This document shows, in pieces, positions 35,209 through 43,466 of a stretch of DNA of 64,000 bases; position 1 is the stretch's first letter; the number at the start of each line of letters is the position of its first letter. Position numbers and translations under genes: made by a program. This DNA is from Clostridia bacterium. Lineage in GTDB: Bacteria; Bacillota; Clostridia; Oscillospirales; CAG-272. The stretch is from the NCBI GenBank assembly GCA_017451915.1, contig JAFTNJ010000031.1, positions 14,656 to 78,655 on the forward strand. The letters are read 5' to 3'. Below the pieces are notes generated by a model. The model saw only the letters and a program-made list of their open reading frames with translations, was not told where the DNA came from and made no database searches.

Positions 35209-35237
35209 ATGATACCATGTTTTTCACGGGTTGTCAA
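35209..35237 (-). promoter_or_regulatory. Rubrerythrin promoter
   Basis: TTGACA-N17-(TGg)TATCAT. Confidence 0.7.
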
Positions 35238-35266
35238 GACGGTTTTGTGCAATCCGGACGGGATTT

Positions 35267-35986
35267 TTATAATCCCCGTTCCTCCAGATAGGAATTCAGC
35301 TCAGAAAAGCCTCCGTGGGGGTAGGCCGAGAGATCCTCGCCGTGCTTATTGATCAGGCAATCGGTGAGAAGAAAGACCTCCATGCCGAGCTTTTGCGCGA
35401 TCATGTCCTCGCCCACGTCGTTGCCCACCATCAGACATTCTTCGCCGCGGCAGCCGATTTTGGAGAGCACCTCACGGTAATAGGCGGGATTGGGCTTGCA
35501 GTAGCTGGAATTTTCATAGGTGGTGAAAAATTCGAAATCGGAAGGGGATAGCCCTGCCCAGGCCATACGCTTCTCGGTTGCGATGGAGGGGAAGAGGGGA
35601 TTGGTGGCAAGAACGGTGCGGATACCCTTGGAATGTAACCGATCCAGCAGGGCTCTTGCCTCGGGGGTATGGCCGCAGGAGGCGGCCACCTTGTCAAAAT
35701 CCTCACGGTAAAAGGCTTCAAACAGCGGGTAATCGGCGCGGGCCTTTTCGGGGCTGTATACCTGGGAAAAATACTTCCAAAAGGCTACCTCGTTGGTCAC
35801 CGAGCCGTCGTTTTTAACCATGGCCACGGTGCCGGCCCAAACCGTGTCGATCAGTTCTTTGGGATCGTAGCCTTGGGGGGCCAGCCGTTTGGCAAGACCT
35901 CCAAAATAGGCTTTGATAAAGATCTCCTGATCCATGGGGAGCAGTGTCCCGTCCAGATCAAAGAGTACGGTGGTAATCTTTTTCAT
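35267..35986 (-). CDS. HAD-family hydrolase
   Basis: Motif [11 protein letters not shown] is present. A GGAGG RBS precedes ATG 35986. Confidence 0.8.
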   Translation of the reverse strand: MKKITTVLFDLDGTLLPMDQEIFIKAYFGGLAKRLAPQGYDPKELIDTVWAGTVAMVKNDGSVTNEVAFWKYFSQVYSPEKARADYPLFEAFYREDFDKVAASCGHTPEARALLDRLHSKGIRTVLATNPLFPSIATEKRMAWAGLSPSDFEFFTTYENSSYCKPNPAYYREVLSKIGCRGEECLMVGNDVGEDMIAQKLGMEVFLLTDCLINKHGEDLSAYPHGGFSELNSYLEERGL

Positions 35987-35999
35987 GTGTCCTCCTATG

Positions 36000-37295
36000 T
36001 CATACCCAAAGAGGCTCTTTGGGGGCTTTGGTTGGGGTGGGAGCGGCTTCTCCCATGGCATCTCGCGCGTTGGCCAGCATCAGCTTGAGGCGGTTCTCCT
36101 GATTGACCCGGGTTGCGCCGGGATCGTAGTCGATGGCAACAATGTTGACCGACGGAATTTTCTCTTTAATGGGTTTCATCATGCCCTTGCCGCAAATGTG
36201 ATTGGGAAGACAGCCGAAGGGCTGGGTGCAAACGATGTTGTTCACACCGCTGTCGGCAAGCTCCAGCATTTCGGCGGTGAGGAGCCAACCCTCTCCCATC
36301 TTGGTGCCGTGATGGATGCAGCCCTCCACCAGGGTTGCGGTGTGGGGGAAGGGCGTGGGCGTTGCGAAATCGCTTTCTTCCTTTATGATGTCAATCAGAT
36401 CCCGTACCTTTTGATTCAGGAATCTGTACGCTACGCCGTAGAGCTTGGCCTGGAGACGGCGCACGCCGTAAAGACGGGCATCCTCCATGCTGTTGTAAAC
36501 GGTGTAGAGGATAAAATCCACCAGGCCGGGGATCACCACCTCGGCGCCCTCGCGCACCAGGAAGTCCTCCAGATTGTTGTTGCCCAGAGGCGAATATTTG
36601 ACAAAGATCTCCCCCACGATGCCCACCTTCGGCTTGGGAACACGGCAAACGGGGATCTTGTTGAAATCTCGCAGGATCAAACGGTAGTTCTGTTTGATCT
36701 TTTTGTAGGAGAGGACCTTGGAGCCGGCCATTTCATCGGCCAGCCGATGGGTCCATTGCTCGGCCAGGCGTTGACTTTCCCCCGTGCGTACCTCGTAGGG
36801 CTTGCATTGATTGACCAGGGACATGAGCAGGTCTCCGTACAGCACGCCGTAAAGCATACGGTGCAGCTTGGGGATTGTCAGCTCCCAGCCGGGGTGCTTT
36901 TCAATGCCTGCCACGCTGAAGGAGATGACGGGAACGTAGCCGTAGCCCGCTTTTTGCAGAGCCTTGCGCAAGAGAGAGATGTAGTTGGAGGCGCGGCATC
37001 CGCCGCCGGTTTGAAAGAGAATGAGTGCTACCTTGTGGGGATCGTATTTTCCGCTTTGAATGGCGTCGAGAAACTGGCCGATGACGAGAAGGGCGGGGTA
37101 GCAGGTGTCGTTGTGAACGTATTTCAGTCCCATTTCCACGATCTGCGGTCCCTCCGAGCGCAACAGCTCCAGCTTATAGCCGTAGTTGCGCATAACCTGC
37201 AAAATCAGCTCAAAGTGCATGGGGAGCATATTGGGAGTCAGGATGGTATAGTCCTTTTTCATCTCTTTTGTAAACTGAACGTAATTGGTTTCCAT
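36000..37295 (-). CDS. Protein related to acyl-CoA dehydratase activases (the C-terminal module of long CoA-enzyme activases)
   Basis: An AGGAG RBS precedes it. It lies 15 nt downstream of the double-activase gene. In other Clostridia the homologous region is fused to the activase. Confidence 0.6.
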   Translation of the reverse strand: METNYVQFTKEMKKDYTILTPNMLPMHFELILQVMRNYGYKLELLRSEGPQIVEMGLKYVHNDTCYPALLVIGQFLDAIQSGKYDPHKVALILFQTGGGCRASNYISLLRKALQKAGYGYVPVISFSVAGIEKHPGWELTIPKLHRMLYGVLYGDLLMSLVNQCKPYEVRTGESQRLAEQWTHRLADEMAGSKVLSYKKIKQNYRLILRDFNKIPVCRVPKPKVGIVGEIFVKYSPLGNNNLEDFLVREGAEVVIPGLVDFILYTVYNSMEDARLYGVRRLQAKLYGVAYRFLNQKVRDLIDIIKEESDFATPTPFPHTATLVEGCIHHGTKMGEGWLLTAEMLELADSGVNNIVCTQPFGCLPNHICGKGMMKPIKEKIPSVNIVAIDYDPGATRVNQENRLKLMLANARDAMGEAAPTPTKAPKEPLWV

Positions 37296-37310
37296 AAGAG
37301 TCTCCTTTCC

Positions 37311-40229
37311 TTATTGCTCCAATGCGCCCAAAAGACTGCGCAGACGAATGCGCACGGCGCCCAGGTTGGTGATCTCGTCAATTTTGATCTGCGTATAGTA
37401 TTTTTTGCCGCGCTCCAGGAGCTCGCGGATCTCGTCGGTGGTAATGGCGTCCAGACCGCAGCCAAAGGAGACCAGCTGAACCAGCTCGGTGTCGCTATGC
37501 TCGGTGGCGTAGCGTGCCGCCCGATAGAGACGGGCGTGGTAGGTCCATTGGTTGAGGACGTGTACCGAGGGCTTTTCGGTCAGATGACAGATGCTGTCCT
37601 CGCTGACCACCACAAAGCCCAGGGAGACCGCCAGCTTGTCGATGCCGTGACCGATCTCAGGATCGATATGGTAGGGTCTGCCCGCCAGGATCATGATCCG
37701 CTTTCCGTGCTTGCGGGCGTAGTCCACGGCGTATTCGCCTTCCTTGCGGATGGCGCTCATATAAGTCTCGTAGCTTTGCTTGCCCGCCTTGACCGCCGCG
37801 AGAATTTCTTTTTTGTTCAGGTCGGGAAAGACGGGAGAGAGGGCGGTCAAAAGCCCCTTGGCAAGCTCCCGGTCGTTATTGATGTTGAGGTAGGGGTAGA
37901 GGAAGCTCGTGCTTTGCAGACCTTCCACGTTACCCGCCAACAGCTCGGAGTAATAGGCCACCACGGGGCAGTTGTAGTGATTGTCCGCGGCTTTTTCGTC
38001 AATGTTGTAGCTCAGGCAGGGATAAAAGATGGCGTCTACCTTTTGCTCCAGGAGCTCCTCGATGTGTCCGTGCATCAGCTTGGCAGGGTAGCAGGCCGTG
38101 TCCGAGGGGATCGAGAATTGCCCCTTGGCGTAGGTTTTGTGGGTGGACTGCTCAGAGGCCACCACCCGCAAACCCAAATGCGTAAAGATCCCGTGCCACA
38201 GAGGATAGAGCTCGTAATGTCCCAAGGCCATGGGGATCCCAATGATACCCCGCGTGCCGTTGCCTGCGGGAAGATTCTTCAGGTAGGCGCGCTTAAAGGC
38301 GTGCAGGTTGGGAACGCTCTCCAGCTTGGAGGTGTCATAGCCCAGACCGCGTTCGCATTGGTTGCCCGAGATGTATTTTTTCTTGCCCTCGCCAAAGCCG
38401 TTCACCGTCAGGCGGCATTGATTGGTGCAGCCGTGGCAGGTGGCGGCCTTTGCGGTGTGAACAAAGGCTTTCAGTTCTTCGGCAGACACCAGCCTTGATT
38501 GATTCAGCTTTTTGGAATAAAGTGCCGCGCCAAAGGCACCCATCAGCCCAGCGATGGAGGGACGGATGACGTTTTTGCCCAGCTCCCGCTCAAAGGCGCG
38601 GAGCACGGCGTCGTTGTAAAAGGTTCCACCCTGTACCACCACGTGCTCGCCCAGCTCGTCGGGGGAGGTGGCGCGGATGACCTTGTAGATGGCGTTTTTG
38701 ACCACGCTCACCGAAAGTCCCGCCGAAATATCCTCCACCGTGGCTCCGTCCTTTTGGGACTGCTTGACCGAGGAGTTCATAAAGACCGTGCAGCGGCTTC
38801 CCAGGTCTACGGGAGCCTTAGCAAAGAGCCCTCGCTTGGCAAAGTCGGCAATGGAGTAGCCCATGGAGCGGGCAAAGGTCTCCACAAAAGAGCCGCAACC
38901 CGAGGAGCAGGCCTCGTTGAGCATGATGCTGTCAATGGCTCCGTTGCGAATACGGAAGCATTTGATGTCCTGACCGCCAATGTCGAGAATAAAGTCCACG
39001 TCGGGACGAAAGTGCTTGGCGGCGGTGTAATGGGCAATGGTCTCCACTACTCCCAGGTCTACGCCAAAGGCGGCTTTGATCAGCTCCTCACCGTAGCCCG
39101 TAACGGCACTGCCTTTGATGGCGATGCGTTCACCGCAAAGGCCGTAGATTTTTTCCAGCTGCTCCTTGACTACCGCCACGGGGGTGCCCAAATTGGAGGC
39201 ATAGTAGGAGTAGAGGATGCGGTCATCCTCGGAGATCAAGGCCAATTTGGTGGTGGTGCTGCCGCAGTCAATGCCCAACCAGGCGTTGCCTGTGTAGGCG
39301 TTGGGGTTGGCGGTGGGCACCGAGGCCTCGGCGTGCCGCTTGGCAAAGGCGTCGTATTCCTCGGCACTTTCAAAGAGGGCGGGGAGACGGTGGACGATGG
39401 GAGCTTCGTTCAGACTGCTTCGAATTCCGTCGCAAAGTGCTTGCAGGGTGATGGGAGTGCTGTTTTTTTGCGCGTAGAGCGCCGCACCGAGCGCCACGGC
39501 AAAGCGGCCGTCCTCGGGGAAGATGGCGTTCTCGTCGGAAAGCTTCAGGGTCTCTTTAAAGCGCAGCTGCAGACCCTTGCAATAGTAGAGAGGACCACCC
39601 AGGAACAGGACCTTTCCGGTGATCTTTTTTCCTCGCGCCAGTCCGGCAATGGTTTGGTTGACCACCGCTTGGAAGATGCTGGCGGAGATGTCCTCCTTGC
39701 GCGCCCCTTGATTGAGCAGAGGCTGTACGTCGGTTTTTGCAAAGACACCGCAACGGGAGGCAATGGGGTAGATGCGGTTGTGGGAGAGGCTGAGGCGATC
39801 CATTTCGTCCACGGTCACGTTTAAGAGCGTGGCCATTTGGTCGATAAAGGCACCGGTGCCGCCTGCGCAGGAGCCGTTCATGCGCTCGTCGGTTCCACCG
39901 TCAAAAAAGATGATCTTGGCGTCCTCGCCCCCCAACTCAATCACCGTGGAAACATCGGAGGCCACGTGCTTTACCGTTTCCCCCGTGGCAAAAACCTCCT
40001 GCACAAAGGTCAGCCCGGCGCTTTGGGCCAGCCCCAATCCCGCCGAGCCGGAGACCGCCACCAGGAGTGGCTCGTCTGCGGGCAGAGCGGGAATGTTAGC
40101 CAAAAGCTCCAGGGTCTTTTGCCGCACCTGGGAGAAGTGACGCTCGTATTTTTCATATATGACACGCTCTCCGTCGCGGAGAACCAATTTTGCCGTAGTG
40201 GAGCCGATATCAATACCAAGCGTTTTCAT
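37311..40229 (-). CDS. Double BadF/BadG/BcrA/BcrD-type ATPase (CoA-substrate-specific enzyme activase family)
   Basis: Two acetate/sugar-kinase-fold modules are present (LGIDIGSTTAKLV and LGIDCGSTTTKLA), followed by a Cys-containing linker. Confidence 0.75.
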   Translation of the reverse strand: MKTLGIDIGSTTAKLVLRDGERVIYEKYERHFSQVRQKTLELLANIPALPADEPLLVAVSGSAGLGLAQSAGLTFVQEVFATGETVKHVASDVSTVIELGGEDAKIIFFDGGTDERMNGSCAGGTGAFIDQMATLLNVTVDEMDRLSLSHNRIYPIASRCGVFAKTDVQPLLNQGARKEDISASIFQAVVNQTIAGLARGKKITGKVLFLGGPLYYCKGLQLRFKETLKLSDENAIFPEDGRFAVALGAALYAQKNSTPITLQALCDGIRSSLNEAPIVHRLPALFESAEEYDAFAKRHAEASVPTANPNAYTGNAWLGIDCGSTTTKLALISEDDRILYSYYASNLGTPVAVVKEQLEKIYGLCGERIAIKGSAVTGYGEELIKAAFGVDLGVVETIAHYTAAKHFRPDVDFILDIGGQDIKCFRIRNGAIDSIMLNEACSSGCGSFVETFARSMGYSIADFAKRGLFAKAPVDLGSRCTVFMNSSVKQSQKDGATVEDISAGLSVSVVKNAIYKVIRATSPDELGEHVVVQGGTFYNDAVLRAFERELGKNVIRPSIAGLMGAFGAALYSKKLNQSRLVSAEELKAFVHTAKAATCHGCTNQCRLTVNGFGEGKKKYISGNQCERGLGYDTSKLESVPNLHAFKRAYLKNLPAGNGTRGIIGIPMALGHYELYPLWHGIFTHLGLRVVASEQSTHKTYAKGQFSIPSDTACYPAKLMHGHIEELLEQKVDAIFYPCLSYNIDEKAADNHYNCPVVAYYSELLAGNVEGLQSTSFLYPYLNINNDRELAKGLLTALSPVFPDLNKKEILAAVKAGKQSYETYMSAIRKEGEYAVDYARKHGKRIMILAGRPYHIDPEIGHGIDKLAVSLGFVVVSEDSICHLTEKPSVHVLNQWTYHARLYRAARYATEHSDTELVQLVSFGCGLDAITTDEIRELLERGKKYYTQIKIDEITNLGAVRIRLRSLLGALEQ

Positions 40230-40280
40230 AATCTACACCACAACCTTTCCGATCACTTTTGGATCTTTTCGTTACCTCGT

Positions 40281-40289
40281 ATTCTATCA
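40281..40289 (-). promoter_or_regulatory. Possible extended -10 box for the activase operon
   Basis: (TGa)TAGAAT, with no good -35 box. Confidence 0.35.
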
Positions 40290-40379
40290 CAGAAATTTTA
40301 ACTCAATGTGAACAGGTGAAAATCTTTGGAACGGGAAGAAAAGGAGAATAAATTTTTTTCAGAAAATCCGGAAAAGGGG

Positions 40380-40408
40380 TTGATTTTTGCAAAGGAATAT
40401 GATATAAT
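40380..40408 (+). promoter_or_regulatory. tRNA-Leu promoter
   Basis: TTGATT-N17-(TGa)TATAAT, ending 13 nt before the tRNA 5' end. Confidence 0.7.
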
Positions 40409-40421
40409 ACCAATGTTTGAC

Positions 40422-40508
40422 GCCGGTATGATGGAATTGGCAGACGTGCTGGACTCAAAATCCAGTGGTAGCGATACCGTGTCGGTTCGACCCCGACTAC
40501 CGGCACCA
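40422..40508 (+). tRNA. tRNA-Leu(CAA), type II with a long variable arm and an encoded CCA
   Basis: Acceptor GCCGGTA/TACCGGC; anticodon stem CTGGA/TCCAG with loop CTCAAAA; variable arm GGTA-GCGA-TACC; T arm GTCGG-TTCGACC-CCGAC. Confidence 0.9.
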
Positions 40509-40557
40509 ACAAAAAGAGCACCCATGTGGGTGCTCTTTTTGTTGGTGCCGGTAGTCG
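40494..40557. repeat. 30-bp perfect inverted repeat with a 4-nt loop, whose left arm contains the last 15 nt of tRNA-Leu
   Basis: CGACTACCGGCACCAACAAAAAGAGCACCC-ATGT-GGGTGCTCTTTTTGTTGGTGCCGGTAGTCG. The inner part resembles the tRNA terminator. Confidence 0.9.
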
Positions 40558-40741
40558 ATTCGGTCGAACAAAGCGCATCCGCAGGATGCTAAGGGATGCG
40601 GAGCATCCCCTTTGCGAGGATCGTTTCACGAAGGGAAAGGATCCTCGTGAAAGTCCCGAAGGGACTTTTTACGACCCCGACTGTACGCACCTGCATTGCG
40701 CAGGTGCGCGATGAAATATTTGTTGTGCCAATGGGAAGAGA

Positions 40742-41656
40742 TCACAGCGCTTTCCAAAATACCGTTTCTGTATTCTGCTCATCCGGTTGATATCCGTGTT
40801 TGAAGCAGCAGCGTTTTATTGGCAGAGAAGCGCCATTGGTTGGTAGCGTAATCGACGCAAAGCCTTGTTCTTTAAAGAATTCCTCCGCATAGCGTATGGC
40901 AAACGAACCAATTCCTTGCCGTTGAAACCTTGGTGCCACAAACAGCATGGATATTTGCCCCGTCTTTTGACTTGGCGATCCGTGTATCTGCATATATGCC
41001 ACCGGTACGGCTCCTTTGCAGATCAAAAAATGCTTACGGTCGGGATCGGCCGTGGCAAGAAGCTCCCTCCATTGGCCCAAGCTGATATTGGCGGTATTGA
41101 AAGCACTTTTATTTTGAACAAACAGGATTCTCACAAAATATGCCTCTTGAGATGTGGCCGGAATGACGGTCAGCACCTTGGGGATGTCTGTTTCATACAT
41201 TTGTTGACCGTCGGTTTCCAAGTCGTGAAAGGGGGCGTATGCTTTTTCTGTAAAGCCTACCGAGGCTTGAAGCCTGTGACTTGGCGTGTTGGATAGCTCC
41301 ACGTAGCAGCGGAGTCTTTCGGCTCCCAGCTCGGATAAGTGGGAGATTGCAGCGTGGAGCATTTGCTTTGCAATTCCTCTCCTACGGTAGGCAGGTATCA
41401 CAAAAAGGTCGCCATAATACCAAAGGCGTGGGTCGGCTTTGTTTTTGACGCAATGCAGGCTGCCAACGACGTTCTTTTCCAAGGAAAGCGCAACGACTTC
41501 AAAGGTGTCGTTGCCGTCCGCAAGCTCGTCAAAAAGAAGCTGTCGGACACGATTCGTGTAGGTCGGCAAGGAGGAACCCCAACGGCTTTGCGCGGCGTTT
41601 TTGGCAAGTGGATCGGTTAAATAATTGCTGATTTGAATGGTGATGATTTCGTTCAT
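40742..41656 (-). CDS. Tandem-GNAT N-acetyltransferase
   Basis: Two acetyl-CoA motifs are present (YRRRGIAKQML and FQRQGIGSFAI). An AGAGG RBS precedes ATG 41656. Confidence 0.8.
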   Translation of the reverse strand: MNEIITIQISNYLTDPLAKNAAQSRWGSSLPTYTNRVRQLLFDELADGNDTFEVVALSLEKNVVGSLHCVKNKADPRLWYYGDLFVIPAYRRRGIAKQMLHAAISHLSELGAERLRCYVELSNTPSHRLQASVGFTEKAYAPFHDLETDGQQMYETDIPKVLTVIPATSQEAYFVRILFVQNKSAFNTANISLGQWRELLATADPDRKHFLICKGAVPVAYMQIHGSPSQKTGQISMLFVAPRFQRQGIGSFAIRYAEEFFKEQGFASITLPTNGASLPIKRCCFKHGYQPDEQNTETVFWKAL

Positions 41657-41671
41657 TTTATACCTCTTTCT

Positions 41672-41710
41672 CAAAAAATAAAATGCCCTTGATAAAATCA
41701 AGGGCATTTT
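41672..41710 (-). terminator. Attenuator terminator between the leader ORF and the GNAT gene
   Basis: AAAAUGCCCUUGAU/AUCAAGGGCAUUUU hairpin followed by U-run AUUUUUU, lying 16 nt before the GNAT start codon. Confidence 0.8.
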
Positions 41711-41731
41711 GAGCAAGAGGCAGGGGGGGCG

Positions 41732-41782
41732 TCAGGATGCGGACAAAATGGCAGTTGATTTTATCATTGCTTCGGTTGTCAT
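41732..41782 (-). CDS. 16-codon leader peptide ORF (MTTEAMIKSTAILSAS)
   Basis: AAGGAGGTG lies 6 nt upstream of the ATG. A consensus promoter lies upstream and a terminator downstream. Confidence 0.5.
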   Translation of the reverse strand: MTTEAMIKSTAILSAS

Positions 41783-43267
41783 TTTGTCCACCTCCTTTCG
41801 TAATATTTTCACCTTTATTATAACAAAAAAATTGCAGGAAGTCAATAGGGTGCATTCAACTGTTCGTTTAGTTAGGGTCCTCTGTTGTACCATGCCCCGT
41901 GGGAAGGTTGGAGAGCTCCTTGGCGGTGACGCGTGCTTTTTTGCCGGAGGGACTGTAGGCCGAGGGGGATAGACCGAGGCGCTGGGAGCCAGCTCGGCGG
42001 GGTCTACCGTTTGCAGGAGTGGATCGTTGGTGCGTTGCATCCAATCGTCCAGAACACGGGAAAGCGTGGCGTATTCCTCTGCGTAGGAGGGATTGTCTAC
42101 CAGGTTGATCCGCTCGCAGGGATCGGCCATCAGATCAAAGAGCTCCTCCCGCGGCCGCGCCTGTCGGGAGAGCGGGGTGCGGAAATAAAGATCCTTTGGC
42201 GCACTGTCGTCGGTGTTGGCGGGGGGACGGTGCTCGGCGGCGGGGAAGTAATAGCGGATCAGCTTATGGGTCTTCGAGCGCACGCTCCGCATGGGCTCGT
42301 AGGAGGCGTGAAAGGTGACCTCGGAGAAAATATAATCGTTGAGGTGATCTTCGCCTTGCGTTGGTTGGGCGTCAAGGGCTTCCATCAGGGGAAGCATGGA
42401 ATGTCCCTGGAGCCACGCGGGCTTGGGTACTCCCAAAACGTCACACACGGTGGGGTAAACGTCCAGATGAGAGATCAGCGCGTCGGAGCAGGCGTGTCCC
42501 ATGCGGGGATGCCGCAGGATCAAGGCCACTCCGGTGCCGGCGTCGTACAGAGAGCATTTCATGTGGGGGAAGGCGATGCCGTGGTCGGTGGTAAAGAGTA
42601 CGGCGGTATCCTCGTACAGCCCGTTCTCCTTCAACGCCCTCAGGATGCGGCCCACACATTCGTCGGCAATGGAAATGGATTTTTGATAGCTCCGGTAGTC
42701 CAAACGGTTCTCGGGGGTATCGGGGACGGTATGGGGCGGAAGGACGAAAGCAGACTGCTCCGTTTCCTCGGTGGTCAGGGTCGGGTAGGGGCGGTGGGTA
42801 CAGCGAAGACCAAAGGAGAGGAAGAAGGGCGATTTCTTCCGCGCGGGATCGGCAAGGAATTTTTCGGCCACCTCGGTGTGGTGGTAATCGGTATCCTCAT
42901 TGGTTTTGAGCCGATTCCAGTAGAATTCGTTGTACCCGAGCAGGGCGTGGTCGGCTCTTCCCGCCTCGTGCTGTACGCCAATGACGGCGGTGTAAATCCC
43001 CTGCTCACTCAAATAGTGTCCCAGATGCTTGGAGGTATCGTTGAGAGAAAAGCCCAGGTGTGCCAGTCCCAGCATTCCCGTGTTGTGGGGAGCCATGCCC
43101 ATGAGCATTCCAGCGCGGCTGGGCGAGCAGGTTGGTCCCGCGCAATGCGCCTGACGAAAGAGAAATCCCTCGGCCGCCAGGGCAGATAGGGCGGGGGTGT
43201 GGCAGGCATAGCCGTAAGGACGCATCATACGTCCGCTGTCATGGGTATGAAGGTAAACAAAATTCAT
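41732..43267 (-). CDS. Sulfatase (Cys-type, CxPxR). The 3' end is uncertain.
   Basis: The product MNFVYLHTHDSG...CSPSRAGMLMG follows a GGAGG RBS at ATG 43267. The last ~45 codons run through the promoter, RBS and leader ORF of the next unit. Confidence 0.75.
   Translation of the reverse strand: MNFVYLHTHDSGRMMRPYGYACHTPALSALAAEGFLFRQAHCAGPTCSPSRAGMLMGMAPHNTGMLGLAHLGFSLNDTSKHLGHYLSEQGIYTAVIGVQHEAGRADHALLGYNEFYWNRLKTNEDTDYHHTEVAEKFLADPARKKSPFFLSFGLRCTHRPYPTLTTEETEQSAFVLPPHTVPDTPENRLDYRSYQKSISIADECVGRILRALKENGLYEDTAVLFTTDHGIAFPHMKCSLYDAGTGVALILRHPRMGHACSDALISHLDVYPTVCDVLGVPKPAWLQGHSMLPLMEALDAQPTQGEDHLNDYIFSEVTFHASYEPMRSVRSKTHKLIRYYFPAAEHRPPANTDDSAPKDLYFRTPLSRQARPREELFDLMADPCERINLVDNPSYAEEYATLSRVLDDWMQRTNDPLLQTVDPAELAPSASVYPPRPTVPPAKKHASPPRSSPTFPRGMVQQRTLTKRTVECTLLTSCNFFVIIKVKILRKEVDKMTTEAMIKSTAILSAS
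41817..41845 (-). promoter_or_regulatory. Promoter of the leader ORF and GNAT unit
   Basis: TTGACT-N17-(TGt)TATAAT, located inside the 3' end of the sulfatase ORF. Confidence 0.75.
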
Positions 43268-43327
43268 GGGGAACCTCCTGTTTTGTAAGGGTGCCGTCGG
43301 AGGGCCGTTGCGGCATTCGTTTCCTTG

Positions 43328-43356
43328 ATTATAGCACAAAACGCCGTTCCGTGCAA
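43328..43356 (-). promoter_or_regulatory. Sulfatase promoter
   Basis: TTGCAC-N17-(TGc)TATAAT. Confidence 0.6.
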
Positions 43357-43406
43357 GCCGTCTTTTTCATTTCTTCTCCTTTTTTTCAAAGAACGAAAAA
43401 AAGGCC

Positions 43407-43435
43407 TTTACCTGCGTTGAAGTTTGTGGTATAAT
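43407..43435 (+). promoter_or_regulatory. Promoter of the FGGY kinase gene
   Basis: TTTACC-N17-(TGg)TATAAT. Confidence 0.5.
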
Positions 43436-43466
43436 GAAACCGAACACAGGAAGGGAGGATGACGTT

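Noticed and set aside
40298-40714. Two divergent ORFs (40298..40525 on the minus strand, 40526..40714 on the plus strand) that start with the identical peptide MGALFVGAGS
   Set aside because: The identity is a direct consequence of the 30-bp perfect palindrome. Both ORFs overlap the tRNA or its terminator and neither has an RBS.
43340-43400. 13-codon minus-strand uORF (MKKTACTERRFVL) with an AAGGAG-like sequence upstream of the sulfatase gene
   Set aside because: It overlaps the -35 and -10 boxes of the predicted sulfatase promoter. It would therefore lie upstream of the TSS and is most likely a chance ORF.
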